Positions 32,412 to 45,273 of a stretch of DNA of 64,000 nt are shown one piece after another. How positions within the stretch are numbered: position 1 is the stretch's first letter; the number at the start of each line of letters is the position of its first letter. Both the position numbers and the translations under genes were made by a program. The notes beneath the pieces were generated by a model. The model did not search any database, was not told where the DNA came from, and worked only from the letters and a program-made list of their open reading frames with translations. Source of the stretch: Sminthopsis crassicaudata (Eukaryota); NCBI RefSeq assembly GCF_048593235.1, contig NC_133620.1, positions 442,523,261 to 442,587,260 on the forward strand, read 5' to 3'.

Positions 32412-32729
32412 CTGAGTAGGAAAAGAGTGGAATGGTCAGGCTTAAAGGCCAAAGGGACAGACCTATGACTGTCTTTGTGACTAATTCACACGTAATGGGA
32501 TATTTGAATTCAATAGACTATATATCTGAATATTTTGGTGTCTGGATTTCTGCCTCTTTCTGTCTCTTACTCATAGGTCTTTTACTCACTGTTCTATCTG
32601 CTGGATCTCGTGAAATTTCACTCATTTTTTCCCTCTCCCATTAATTTCTAACCCACGTCACAGGATCTGAGGATGGGGAGGGGAGGTGGGTAGGGCTCCT
32701 TTCTCCTTTACTCACCATCTCTCTTAAAA

Positions 32730-32804
32730 CTATAAGCCCCTGGAGCTGCTCCACGGCCTGTCCCGGTTTCCCTTGGACCTCATTTGCTCTTGTACGGCAC
32801 CTGT
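32730..32804 (-). CDS. CDC42SE1: CDC42SE1 last coding exon (exon continues to 32716, then a 3'UTR intron)
   Basis: cacag|ACAGGT...TTATAG; donor ATG|gtgagt at 32716/32715. Confidence 0.96.
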   Translation of the reverse strand, partial: TGAVQEQMRSKGNRDRPWSSSRGL

Positions 32805-33875
32805 CTGTGAGGAAAAGGCATCTTAGAGAATGACATTAATTCTTTTTTACCTCAACTCCCCACAGAGATAGTTGTTTTTCCTGGAAAGGAGATGCCCTTC
32901 AGACCCCAAGTCTCCTTAACTATGAAGTCATTTCTTAGACCTCACCTTTCTAGCTATATAGTCTCAGCCCTGTTCTCTTATTCTGTCCTTCTTAAGAATG
33001 AAATGTGAGCAGTTTTCCTAATAATTCTCAGCATTTTAATAACATTTATATTTTTATCTTTTTTTTTTTTTAAACACCAATTTGATTTTCAAAACCATGT
33101 TTTTGAGATAGGCTTTGGAGGCTTCTTTTTCACAACTCTCAGGCAATAGCTTCAGTCTCCAGTAGAAGGGAACAGTTCCTATCTTAGACCCCCATTCTAA
33201 GCCATTTACCATGGAGAGTCCATCTCCAGCCCCCATCTCTCCAGAGCCAATGTGTGTTAGATGAACAAAATTCATTGGTTCTCCAATCATGGTCCTGTCA
33301 ATCCGCCTTCTCTTCTTTTTCTGTTGGGAAAGGGTGTAAAGATTAAGAATAAAGGCTGTCAGCCAGAGCTGAGAAAGAGGGACAAGGAGCTCAGATCCTC
33401 TAGAGAGGAAAGACCCTTTCCTCAATAAGACCATGGGAGAGAGGGGCAGATCAATGTACGAGGGAGAGACCAGAACTAAAAAGGCATTGTATCAGGAAGA
33501 TGGAAGAAAGAGACCTGGGGGGTGGTCTAGAGGGCAGACGCTGAATCAGCTGAAGTCACTCCGTTTGATGAGAGAACAATGTGGGTAGTTGCCTAGCACT
33601 GCCCCCTTTCCTGCCCACCAGGGAATAGGGAGCAGGATGGGAGAAAACTGAGACCATTTTTTAAGCTTTGCCTCATGTACTGTGAGACACTAGCCTGGCA
33701 GACAAGACACAGTGTGCCTGAAAGGACCAGATCCTGCCAGGTGTGAACACCACAAGGTATGCTCCCTCTTGTGTCATGGGGTGGGGGAAGGGGAGGGAGG
33801 AGAGAGGGGAGAGAGACTCACCGGCTGGGGTTTCTCTACCACACAGCATCCCAGTTTGTGCCAAAACTCACTCAT
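32730..33875 (-). CDS. CDC42SE1: CDC42SE1 (SPEC1), 79-aa CRIB protein; complement join(33822..33875,33210..33320,32730..32804)
   Basis: [18 protein letters not shown]|[37 protein letters not shown]|[24 protein letters not shown]; GT-AG junctions, all phase 0. Confidence 0.98.
33210..33320 (-). CDS. CDC42SE1: CDC42SE1 CRIB exon
   Basis: caacag|AAAAAG ... ATG|gtaaat; [14 protein letters not shown]. Confidence 0.97.
33822..33875 (-). CDS. CDC42SE1: CDC42SE1 first coding segment (exon extends as 5'UTR to ~34144)
   Basis: ATG at 33875-33873; donor CCG|gtgagt; acceptor ctcttccag|GAACC at 34144. Confidence 0.95.
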
Positions 33876-36779
33876 GTTCCCTGATGGTTCCAGTTTTGTC
33901 CCCCTGCCCGAGGCCCCAGAGGGCTCCTTTTCTGGTCCCTTGGTCCTCCTTTTTTGAAGACCCCCCTTTTCCCCTTTTTCTCCTCGGGGGAACTGACAAT
34001 TAAAATTTGAATCAGAAGGACTTGAGATGGCAGAACCCTAAGGATTTTCAACTAGTCAGTGCCTCAGTCCATGGCAGACTAGGAAGGAAGAGGAGAGTAG
34101 AACAAATGTGGCCGAAAGTTGTATCTTCCTCGAAACTTGGGTTCCTGGAAGAGAGAAGGGGGTGAAGTCATGGCGAGGTACAGCTCTCTTCTGAGAACCC
34201 CTTACCCCAATGCCAGCAGCATCTTCCCAGGCTCCTTTTCCTGTCCCCGTCCCCCATCCTAACACCGCTTCCCCCTTGTCTACTTGAGGGACCTACTAGT
34301 CTCCAGACAAAGAGGTGACAGTGATAGACACAAAAAGGAGGACAGACGCCTGTGGCAGCTAGAGAGATAAGAGATTTGGGATGCTGGAGGAAGAGAGAAC
34401 TGATGGGGAGGAGAGCAGGGCTAATTTGGGTTGGGGAATGTTGCAAGCTTCAGCTTTCTCTCCCTGAGGTGGGGGCGGAAGAGGAGGGGCAGATAAATAA
34501 CTTAGAACTGAAGAGGAAATAGTGGTTTCTTCTTCTCATCAACAGGGCCCCTACCTTCCTTCCCTACCGACACCATTTCTGCCCTGTCTCTTACCTCCTC
34601 CTAACTTTGCCCCTCATTTTCTCCAACAAAAGCGTTACCCATAGGGGAAAAAAAAATCATTCTGACAAATTCTACAATCTGATTTTAACCTATCTTTCCT
34701 GCCTTAATCATATGATTGTTTTTGTTTTTTGTTGTGTTTTTTTTTTTGGGGGGGGGGGATTTGCATTTTAATGTTCAACACAGGCCTTCTAATTAGCTGT
34801 TGTTGTCCAGTGTCATTATGTTCCCTTTCATCTTCCTGCATCAGGGCAGGACAATCCCCATACTTAGAACTTACTCCCTTCTCATCTCTGCCTGATGAAA
34901 TCTTTCTCTTCAGGGTTTGAGTCAGGTGTCATGAAATCTCTTGATTCCTTCAGATAAAAACAATCACTGCATATTTAGACTTCTTAAAGAGCGTTTTGGC
35001 CAGAATATTCCCCATCACAACCTACTTTGTGTCACACTAATTTATCACATTTGTGCTCTATCCTCCATCCCAAATAAGATTTTAAACTCTAAAGGAAGAG
35101 AAAAACATGGTTTAACTTTGTATTCCAGAGCTTAACATAATGCCTTGAACATAGTTGGAACAGTAAATGTTCACTAAACGGAATGATTTCCTCCCTTTTT
35201 TCCTCAGGGACAGTTTGTCATAATTCCTCCATTACCTGACCTTGAAATATAGTCAGGAATGTTTGTTGTGTATGTTTTTATATTTCTTGTTTGTATTTTG
35301 GTGTGACATGTTTCACTGTATAAATGGTATGTATATTATGTTTCTATATATTGCATATTATAGATGTTGTCTATATGGGGGTCCTCTATTCCAGAAAGGT
35401 TTTAGATTCATTCTCTCCATCCACTTTGGTGTAGTGTGGTGTTCTACTCCACATTATTCCCCACAAGACCCCTGTTCTCACCAGCCTTAAGTCAATATCC
35501 TTCCCTCCACAAGCACTATCAGGTGCTTCATCACCTAATTGGCCACTTTCAACAACCAGCTGCTTAACACCAAACTAAAAGACATATCCACTGCTATTTT
35601 AAGTGCTTAAGGATCCTGGGTGTCTATAAGATCAGAACCTTTCACTTCAAAACTTGTTACAATTCATTTATTCAATAAGCACTTACTAGTGCCTACTATA
35701 ATAGGTACTGGAGATACAAAGATGGAAAAATAACAATACTGACCCTCAAGTAATTACAATTAGGTGTGACATACATTATAATTGTCTCTACTGATGTCCA
35801 GCAGCTTCTCCCCATTACCTCTAGAACCAAAGATAATTGACTTCCACATAGCTTCCAAAACCCATTTCATATCACTCCCTTTCATTGATTCTATAACCCT
35901 GCCACAAGGGACATGTATTCTGTATAGTATATTTCATCTCCTATCTTAATCCCCATATTTCCCTTCTCCTCTTGAAATTCTATCTACTAGATGAGGATTT
36001 TCTTGGTTTTCTTAGTTGTTGTACAATTATCTTGTGTTTCCTTTGCATATATTTTGCACTTATTTATTTGGGACATATTGTTTTCCCTCAGAATGTAAGC
36101 TCCTCAAAGACATGGACAATTCCTTTTCTTCTTTATATCTCTCCTGCACTTAGCAGTGTTTGACACATAAATGATTACTATATTCTTACTGAATTAAATT
36201 AAGAGCAAAGGACAGATAATAATAGTTTGCATTTATATACTGAATGTTTGAAATACTTTCCTCATAGTAACCCTGTGAGGTACAGAAACAAGTATAGATT
36301 ATCTCCCTTTTCCCAGAACAAGTGAAGCAGGAAGGGCCTTCCAGGGAGAGGATTTCAAATGGATGAGATGAGAAGGATGGAAGTGCACTCTTAGCAAGAG
36401 GGGTGGCTTAAGTGGTGAGGCCGGAGGTATCCTGTCTCATTTTTCTCATGAGCCATCATCTCTGGATACAAAAAAGGAGAGCCTCTATTTTCTAAATTAA
36501 GTCCTTTGTATGAATGTATTCATCAAAACAGACTGCCAATTACTTTTATTGAGTAAACATTTATTATCTCCTAGGCCCAGGTTGTCATGCTGTACAGTTA
36601 ACATTAGAATTTCAGATACCCAAGGTATGTAGCACTGGATTTGGGGTATGGTAAAGCTGGGGGACAATCTTGGTTTTGATGCTTGCTTGCTGTGTAAACA
36701 TGGGCGGATCTCTTAATCCCACCTTCTCATCCATAAAACGGGGTAAAGAATACGTATACTAACCATTTCAAGTCTCATA

Positions 36780-39100
36780 CCAAGGGCTCCCCTCCCCCCA
36801 AGCCTGGCTTGCGGACTCCCCCCCGCCGAGAACTCCAGAGATTAGAACAGCCATGACATGGGAACGTAAATTTGTAGGAGACCGAGTGAGAAAAGTAACG
36901 GAGTTTTGTCTCCGGGCGCTGAAGAAGGACCAGACAAAGGACGTAAGCTAGGGCAGACAAACGCGGGTTTGGGGACGGAGAGGGAGGGGGAACCTGGGCT
37001 TTAGGGGCGATCAGTCAGGGTTTGTCTCAGTGGTAACAGTGGGTGGAAGAGGTCAAGGGGGAAATGGAGAAAACAATGAAGAATCGGAGGAAACTTCCCC
37101 CCACCCCAGCCAGGCAGGCCCTGTTAAGCCGGGACTGTCCCGGGGAAGCTGAGTGGACAGAGGTAGACGGGAGGGGGGAAGGAGCGGACGGAGGGAACAA
37201 GGATCCTTCTGTTCCCTCTAGCCGGGACCTGGCCAGAGCTGGGGGAGGGAAAGTGTGAACAGCACTTGGCCCCAGTGGACGAATGATGCTAAGAAGTGAC
37301 CGGGAAATTCCGTTCTTCCACACTGGAGAATCTTTAGGCTGTTGAAGTTCAAAGGAGAAAGCTCCCGAGCCAGCCTGTCCCCGCCCCCGCCCCCAGCCCA
37401 GGTGGCCATCTTGTGTGGAAGTGGGCATGTGGGGAGGTCAGGCCTGGGTGACTGTGGTGGGGGGAAGGGGAACCTCGGCCAGAAAAGGAAGCAGGCAGCC
37501 AGCGCAGGGTGGGCCTCGGGAGAGAAGGGAGCCCCGGGCCGGAGCGCTCCGAGACGGAGCTTTCCCCCCCCAGAGAGAGGGGGGAGTGGCTGAGAAGGCA
37601 GAACGACGGGGACTTGATTCTAGGAGGGGACTTCCAGCGAGTCGGGGGGGAGCTCCTCGTTCCCAAAGAGAAAAAGCAAACCGTAGAAGCAGGGCGGCCC
37701 GGCCCCTTCAGGGGAAGGGACGAGGCTGTGGCAGTCAGGAGAGCCAAGGGGATGGTGCCCTCTGGTCCCCCAAACCTTGGAGCCACAGCCCGGGCTTGTG
37801 GGGAAAGAACCCCAGGGGGAGGCAGGCAGGAGGTGCGCCGTTCCCTGGTCGTGCCGGGCCCCAAACCGGTTTTCCCGGTCCCACGGCCTCCCAGCACCCA
37901 GGCCCCGGCCCCGGCTCGCTCCCGCTGCCTGACAAGCCTTCACAAGAAGCAGCTGGAGAGAAAGAGAAAGGAAGAAGGGGGGCGGGGGGCTGAGAGAAAG
38001 GGGAAGCTACCGCACCTCGACTCCTTCCCGGAAAGGCCCTGGGACAAGGAGAAGGTGGGAAGGGCCGAGGAAGGGGGCCAGGACCCCAGGTTTTCGGGCA
38101 AGTGACAGGCGCGGGCAGGACCCGGCCCTCCCCGCTCTGCACCTACTCTGGGGGCTGGAGGCAGCGCCGTACCCGCCGCAGGTCTCCGGAGGGATTCCCC
38201 AAATATACACGTCATCCCGCGGCTCCCCCGAGCTCCATTCCGACCTCCAGCCCCAGCGTTCCCAGAAGCCCTTGTCAGGGACCTTCGCTTTTCCGTCCGC
38301 CTCACTGGCCTACGGCTCGAAAGTAGTAGGCGGAAGTCCACCATCCTGCTCAGCGGCTGCTCCTCTTACCTTACTTGGCCATTATCCGAGCTGCCCCCAC
38401 CCGGTGGCTGATCCAGATCTCCCCCACCAGTCTCAAGGTTAACTGGGCTCAGAGGGAGTCCCTCCCCGCCATTTCTTTAGCCCTTGACTCAGGCCCTTCA
38501 GTGGCTCTCGCCGTAAAAATCTGACTAGACCTAGGTTTGTAGAGTCGTTTTTGGGGGGAGCCAGGTAAACGGGGGCTTCCTTCCCTCCCCCCACAGCCCC
38601 AGCCACCTCAACTCCATCTAGCTCAGACGCTTCCCTCAGCATCCGGTGGCCCTCTTTCCCACCCTCCCCCACCCGCAGAGTGGACAAAAGGCCGGAGCTG
38701 GCCGAGCCCCCGTTCTCTGACCTGCCTTTCCCAGGCTGTGAAATGTCTGCCGGCGATAACGAGGGGCTTCTTGGCTCCAGCCCGGGGCCCTCCCGTCAGG
38801 AACTTCAAGGTTTTCTCTTCTAGGCGGTGTGGGGAACTGAGGGCGGGCCTGGGGAGAGGTGGGGCTGGCTGATGGCGGAAACGGTAGCAGCTCGATTACG
38901 AAATCCGCCTTTCTGCAGCCGGGCCCGCAGCTCCCACTCTGGACAGAGCGGGGAATGCACGGCTGAGGGGCAGCGCTGGGAGCCGGCCCACCCGGCTGGG
39001 GGAAGCGAGGAGGGCTGAGGGGCTCGGGGGCCTGGGCGGAGGGGAGAGGGCGGGAAAGAGCAGGAGCCCGAGTCTCACCCAGGTGTTTGTCGGCTCTTCC
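36780..39100. promoter_or_regulatory. CpG island / divergent promoter region of CDC42SE1 and MLLT11
   Basis: High GC and CpG density by eye; GC boxes, ETS, YY1-like and kB motifs. Confidence 0.85.
38147..38330 (-). other. CDC42SE1: CDC42SE1 non-coding exon 1 (5' end approximate)
   Basis: Donor CCCCCAGA|gtaggt at 38147/38146 inside the CpG island; ETS motif GGCGGAAGT at 38329-38337. Confidence 0.6.
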
Positions 39101-39669
39101 CTGAAGGTCAAAAGGAACGTTTCTGCCCTTTCTGCAAGCAGATTAAACATTACTGACTTTAGACTTCATGGATCACAGACCTCCCTCCCTCCCCCCCGGC
39201 GTCTCCTCCCCAAGCCTCTCCTATGCCCTTCTCTAAGGGCAGGTAGAGAGCTGGGGGGGAGGGAGGTGCACCTCCCAGCTGGGGTTTGGGGGGTATTCTG
39301 AAAGATGACAATGTGGAAAAAGAATCGAGAGCTTCTCTGATTCTAAAAGCCATTTCCTTGAAATTGGGGTGGGGGGTCATCCCTTTTAAACCCTCCACTC
39401 TTGCTACAATGTAGACATTTTAATTCATAAACCCAAAAATAAATCAAAGAAGAAATTGGTTCCCGGGGCTCTGTTAGCAGTTGTCTGGGCGAAATGGAAG
39501 TTAATTAACATATTGTGACTGGACCTCCATCAGGCCTATCTGATTTCTTCCCCTAGACAAGCCAGGCCCTAGAATCTCTGAGAATTAGCAGAGTCAGAGG
39601 CCCTAGCTGGGAGGGGGAGGGGAGCGGGGGAGTCCTTCCGCCCCTTTAGGAGGGGCTGCATTGCAGGGG

Positions 39670-39824
39670 GAGACGGAATAGACAGTGAGACACACTCACA
39701 GCCAGAGAGAGAAGGCGTGAGAGCGAGACAGACAAAGCTTCAACCGCAACCTTTTCTTTACCCACCAGCCCCAAGACCCCTGAAGGCTGACCCATCCTTG
39801 GAACCCCCCGACTGTTGGTGACTG
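39670..39824 (+). other. MLLT11: MLLT11 non-coding exon 1 (5' end approximate)
   Basis: Downstream of GC box tccgcccc (39637-39644); donor GACTG|gtaagc at 39824/39825. Confidence 0.6.
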
Positions 39825-42800
39825 GTAAGCTGAGTTGAGGGGAAAGGTAGAAGGAGTAGAGAGTCAGCTTGTTTTATACAGGGATGGACCATGGGTGGGA
39901 AGCCAGAAAAGGCAGTAACAGGGGAGTTCTAAATAATAGGGGGGGTCACTTAATAGATGTGATCTGTCATATTTATTCATGTATTTTCCTGTTTACTTGT
40001 CTCCAGCACCAGATATCTCTGTCTATACAATTACCTTTCCAAATCTTATCTCTAGCTATTTGTATGTATGTATGCTATACATATATAGTCTTTTCCTTAA
40101 TATGTAATATCTCTAATTATATATTGATCTATTCATTTGTCATTTTATGGATAAATCTTTATTATTACTGTTTTTATTATTCTTACATCTATCTTCATTT
40201 AAAAAAAAATCTTAGTATTTCTCTGATATGTCTGTGAAATCGGCGTTCACCGTGGGAATGATTTATCGAAGCAGGTTATGTAGGAATAGCTTCCAATCCT
40301 CTGGACATCAAGTCTTCTCTTGTCTTAACCTTTCTCTCTGGAGAAGAGGCAGAAGTAGGGAAGGGAAGGCCTTCTGTGGTGGGGAGCTGTCCTGCCATCT
40401 CATTAGAATTCAATGCAGCGTACAAGCCCAGGGAATGGGAGCCAGTTTCTGAGGGACTGCGTGTTTGCAGCTTAGAGGTCTGGAAGGAAAGGTAATATTA
40501 TTAAAAAGGGAGGCAGGATGGGCTATTTATAATGGAAGGGTTTCCATTACTTTTCCTTCATGAGTAACATCATGACATAGATTTTCTGAGAAGAAGGTAG
40601 TATACACATCAGATCCTAAGAAGGATTGATGTGAAAAGTCTTTGTGCGGCTGTGAATGGGTGTGTCTGTCTGTATTTCTGTATTCCTCTATCTCTTCTCT
40701 CCCTTATGTCTGATAATCTTTGCCTGCATCAGCATGTGAATTTATCCAGATAACTGAAGGCAAAATATGCTTTTGCTTAAAATTCTAGATAATTGAAAAT
40801 GAAGACTATAGCTTCTGTCCAAGCAGTAAAAGGGCTGTTTTGGGAGAGTAAGGAAAGCCTTTTATTAGATTTTGTTTAGAATAAAATTTTTCATGAGATT
40901 AAAGTGAATACCATTGTTATGAAGGGCATTTTAAGCACCAGTCATTCAGAGAAATTGTATGTGCATACCTAGTTTGTTTCTCTGTTGTAAAAAGTACTGC
41001 CTGTTTAGAGCTTTGTGTTTCTGTTCCTATCTCTGTATGAGCTTCTGGTTAATGATACATCTAGATTTAGATCCTAAGCAGATATTTTTTAAAAGATGTT
41101 TTGCCTGGCTTAATTGCCTCCCCCCCAAAAGAAAAATCAGATTTTCTGCTCTGCCTACTATGTAAGGACTACTCAGTCAGCCTTTACATCAGAGCAATGG
41201 AAAATGGAGGCAGAATCTGTTTCTTGCTTTTGATAGTCATTTACATTTTCTCCATGTAGATATCGGAATATTTTTAACACTCAGAAAAATAAGTCCAGTT
41301 AAATAGATAGTTCTTGAAAATGTAGAGGATAACTAAGGGTTTGTAAGTAGAGAGTTTATTATATTATATTTCAAGTCTGATCAATAAGTATTAAGAAGGC
41401 TATGGTTTAGTATTGTAATAAGTTTTATAGGAGATTTAAGAAAACTATAAACTATTAATTCTGTCTTCAAGGAAACATTATATACAACATTTGGAAAATG
41501 CGTACTGCTGGTAAGGTTATTTGCCAAACCTGGTACCACTGTTTGGCCTTCTGGGTTTATTTCTTAGAAGCTCTTAACCCCTAAGCCTTTGCAGGGTTAA
41601 TCATATGGAAAGTATCTCTTTAGGTGCATGTTCCTATATTTTTTGCCAATATTTTTGAGGTGGAGCAGAGCTGAATATCTGAGAATGATGACCTCACCTT
41701 TCCCACATACTTCCCCCACGCTTTGCCAGCCATCCCTGCCTCACCCTCTCTTTCTTCTAAGCAACTTCCATGCTGACTAATGCTCAGCTTGTAGGGTTTA
41801 TTTTAGAGTTCATGCCTAGTTAAAAAGAGAAAGAGCAACAAGGATCAGTTAATGTTTAAAAATTCCTTCCAGCCTTTTCTTATTCCGATGATTTCAATCC
41901 TATTTTAGTGAATGAATTTCTCTTTAAGTACAGAAATTTATTTCTAGTACAGAAATTTCACATTATTCAGGGAAATTTTTGCACTATTCAGGACAGAGGC
42001 AGAGTGTTATTAAGTCCAGAATAATGGTGGGGATTATTTTCTACATCCTAAAGAGTTTTCAGGGAGAGAGAGGTGAGTCTTGTCCCTTCTGTACATGCCA
42101 GTCAATACCTTATATCTCCACCCTAATCCTCTCTAGTTGCCAGGATTGTTCAAAGATACTGTGGTATTTTTACTGCTTAGCAGCAATGTGTGGGTGGGGT
42201 GAGATTGGTTAGGGAGGAGAGTGAAAGTGATGATGAGGATTCAATCAGCTTGGAGAAAGTTCCATTTAATAAATGACTCTTTCCCCGTGAAATGCTTGGC
42301 ACATAAGTGTTCAGTGGATGAGAATTATTTGCATTTACCCCTACAGGCAAATAAACTTTTGCTTTATTTTCTGCCTTTGAGTTTTTGTATAAGATGTCTA
42401 GTCATTTGCCTTTACTTCCTTTAGCTTTTACTGGAAATAAGGGCAAAAGGAACCATAAGCAGTCATGGAAAAGGAAAACTTTAACTGGGGTTTAGCTTTT
42501 TTGTAGGGGAGAACAAAGCTGGAAAACTGGATTAGGTTTTTTAAAGACATCAACTATGGCTGACAGATTTAATTTCTATGTGTACCTTTAAAATAAAAAA
42601 AATCAATTAACATCATTGATCAACCTTTGTATACCGAATTCTATACAACTGTTAGAAGAAAATAGAGAGGTTTGTATCTTGCTTTTAGCAAGTCATTGAG
42701 CTAAATGGAGATTAAAAAAAAATGCTTTAAAAGCAACTAATTTTATGATGATCTTCTACATGCATAAGAAAGAACTAATTCTATATATCTTACACTACAT

Positions 42801-43941
42801 TTATGACATAGAACTAATTTTTTATACCATGTAGTCTATAATAGTGCTATATTCTCAGAGGACAGTATACCTGTGATATGGGGGAATGCTGAAAGGATAG
42901 GTCTGGAACTTGTCAAAGTTAAAGAAGCCTTCCTAAAGAAGATGATTCTATCCTAGGATTTAGAAGGGAAGAAGGAACAGAGAGTAGTAAGTAAAAAGGC
43001 TTTCAAGACAGGGTATAATGTTTAAAAAAAAAAAAAACAAACAAAACAGCAACAAACCTCAAAGACAGAAAATAAAGTAAAAGTTTATTTGGCTGTAGTG
43101 ATAAATCCAAAGAATCCTTATTCATTGAATACTCATGTCCTTAACAGTGCATAGAAAAAAGAGTCTAAAATCTGGTTCCTCCCTTCAAAGAGGGTATAAT
43201 TTAGTTAGAGGGGAAATTAATCTGTGAAGCAATTAGGGAACAGTAAACAATAAAATAGCATGTGTTGTATACCATAAATACAAGCATACAAGAATAATGC
43301 AGTGTGGGGTGGCATCTTAATGGATTCCAGTACTCTTAAAAGAGGAGGGATAGGTGCAGAATATCTTGTACTGTTAACAATGCAGAATGTTACAGTGGAG
43401 ATGACTGTGGTAGATAGTCTTGTTTAACTTTTTGGGTTTTATTATCAAACGAGATGATATATGTAAAATGCTATTAAGTATTTTGCAAACCTTAAAGTGC
43501 TACATACATATTAGCTATAATATAAAAGATGTTACCATGGGAAAAGTGAGAATTACTGGGAAGTACAGAAAACCTCTCAAAATGCACAAATCTTTGTCTA
43601 AAAGAAAGCAAGATATGGATAATCAGATAGTTAATTGTGAGCAAAAGGTCAAGGCAAGGAATGTGAAGAATAATGGTAACCATAATCTGTTAGCATCAGG
43701 GAGTTTGTAGATAAAGGGACCAAATTGCAGAGTTGAGTTAAAGCTATCTGGAACTCTATTTCTAAGATGGTTCACTAAGAACAGACAAGGATGAAAGGGA
43801 GGATTATTGGAGTCCTTGGAGTGGATGGGTGGAGCACAGGAGCTCTGTTACTGCTTGTTTCTGAGCTGGGAAGAGACAGGGAAACAGGCCAGAAGCTCTT
43901 GGCAGTATGTCTACTAATGGATGATTCTTTCCCAAGGAATC

Positions 43942-44217
43942 ATGTGGGACCCTGTGAGCAGCCAATATAGCTCCTTCCTTTTCTGGAGGATGCCCATTCC
44001 CGAACTGGATCTGTCCGAGTTGGAGGGCCTAGGTCTGCTGGACATGTCCACCTATAAGACCCGAAACAACAGCAACAATGGGAATCTGTCTGAGAAGCCA
44101 AGTGAAGCTGTGCAGCAGAAGTATCCTGAAAGCGATCCTCTTCTTGAATACAGCACCTTCAACTTCTGGAGAGCTCCTATTGCCAGCATCCACTCCTTTG
44201 AGTTGGACTTGATTTAA
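43942..44217 (+). CDS. MLLT11: MLLT11 / AF1q, 91 aa, single coding exon
   Basis: MWDPVSSQYSSFLFWRMPIPELDLSELEGLGL...LLEYSTFNFWRAPIASIHSFELDLI*; acceptor ttcccaag|GAATC five nt before the ATG. Confidence 0.98.
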   Translation: MWDPVSSQYSSFLFWRMPIPELDLSELEGLGLLDMSTYKTRNNSNNGNLSEKPSEAVQQKYPESDPLLEYSTFNFWRAPIASIHSFELDLI

Positions 44218-44300
44218 GGCTAAAACCTTTTTTCTCCCTATTGCCATTTCTGTATTTTCTTTTTCTTTGGCTCTGCTTTCCTTCATTCATTGTGTTAAGG

Positions 44301-44308
44301 TGGTGCTA
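44301..44308 (+). promoter_or_regulatory. miR-29 family 8mer site (TGGTGCTA) in the MLLT11 3'UTR
   Basis: Exact 8mer 84 nt after the stop; MLLT11 is a known miR-29 target. Confidence 0.75.
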
Positions 44309-45267
44309 AAAGAATCTGCCATGGAATGGCTATTTATTTATTGTTATTTATTTCCCTCTGGACTGTACCACCCTATGCACCCCTTTCCCTCTGAAGTCCC
44401 TCAGATCACTTTGGTTGGAAGAGGTATGGTTCTTCACAGGAAATGTCTTAGGTATCCAAATTCCTCTGTCTCCTGAAACTAGTTTTAGAAAATAAGTAAC
44501 TGGGAGGGTAGGCACAAACCAACCTGGCTCAGTCAGAGTAGTAAATTAATTCTTAGTCTCTTTGTCACCAACTTTATAGACAGTTTACGTCCTTTCTAAC
44601 TCTACCCCCCAAGGTCAGTTACCATGGTTGGCTTTCTCACCAATCACCGAAAATTCTGGGATTTTTATTTGGGATTGTCGGCTATAAAAAGGTAATAAAA
44701 GGTATAAAAAATAAGTATCTTCCCAGACATAAGTAAAAGATGAAGACAAGCCCTCAGGCAATAGATGTTGAAAAAAAAAAAATGGAGCCAATGATGAAAA
44801 TTCAAAGAGTTTAGAGAAGTAATTTGGTTCTCTCCAATTTTAATGTACCTCTCAAGCAAATTTTGAAATAATGAAAGCCCCCTCTCCCTTCAATGGAGCT
44901 ATTTTCTTCAGCTTTGTTCTTAATTGAAAGCAATGAGTAGAGAGAGAGCAAGTTCTCTCACTAAGAAAAAAACAACACTCAAATCCTAAGCTTTTAAACT
45001 TTTATTTTTCTGTTTCTGATAATTCTTAACCTCTTGTTCTTAGCTCCAACCCATTGGCTTGTAGTCTCCAAGACCTTACTTAGTTTCAACCCTGTGGAAA
45101 TGATCAGCCCAGCAGTTTCTAATGGTTCCTGTACCTTGAGGACATAATGTGAGACATCAGTACCTTCTCCACAGCCTGACACTCTTGACCACACTGTCTT
45201 GGCGAGTTCTCCCCTCGTCCCCCAGCAGCTACTGCCCATTTGTGCTGTCATTTCCTCACACTCATTG

Positions 45268-45273
45268 AATAAA
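45268..45273 (+). terminator. MLLT11 polyadenylation signal AATAAA
   Basis: About 1.05 kb after the stop and just before the GABPB2 CpG island. Confidence 0.65.

Noticed and set aside
37027-38344. Multiple 130-200 aa ORFs on both strands
   Set aside because: GC-rich CpG-island sequence depleted of stops; low-complexity G/P/R translations and no recognisable domain. The same applies to 46986-47727.
38928-38950. RE1/REST-like site (CAGCTCC-6 nt-GGACAG) upstream of MLLT11
   Set aside because: The left half is mismatched and the spacer is non-canonical; too weak without a PWM scan or ChIP data.
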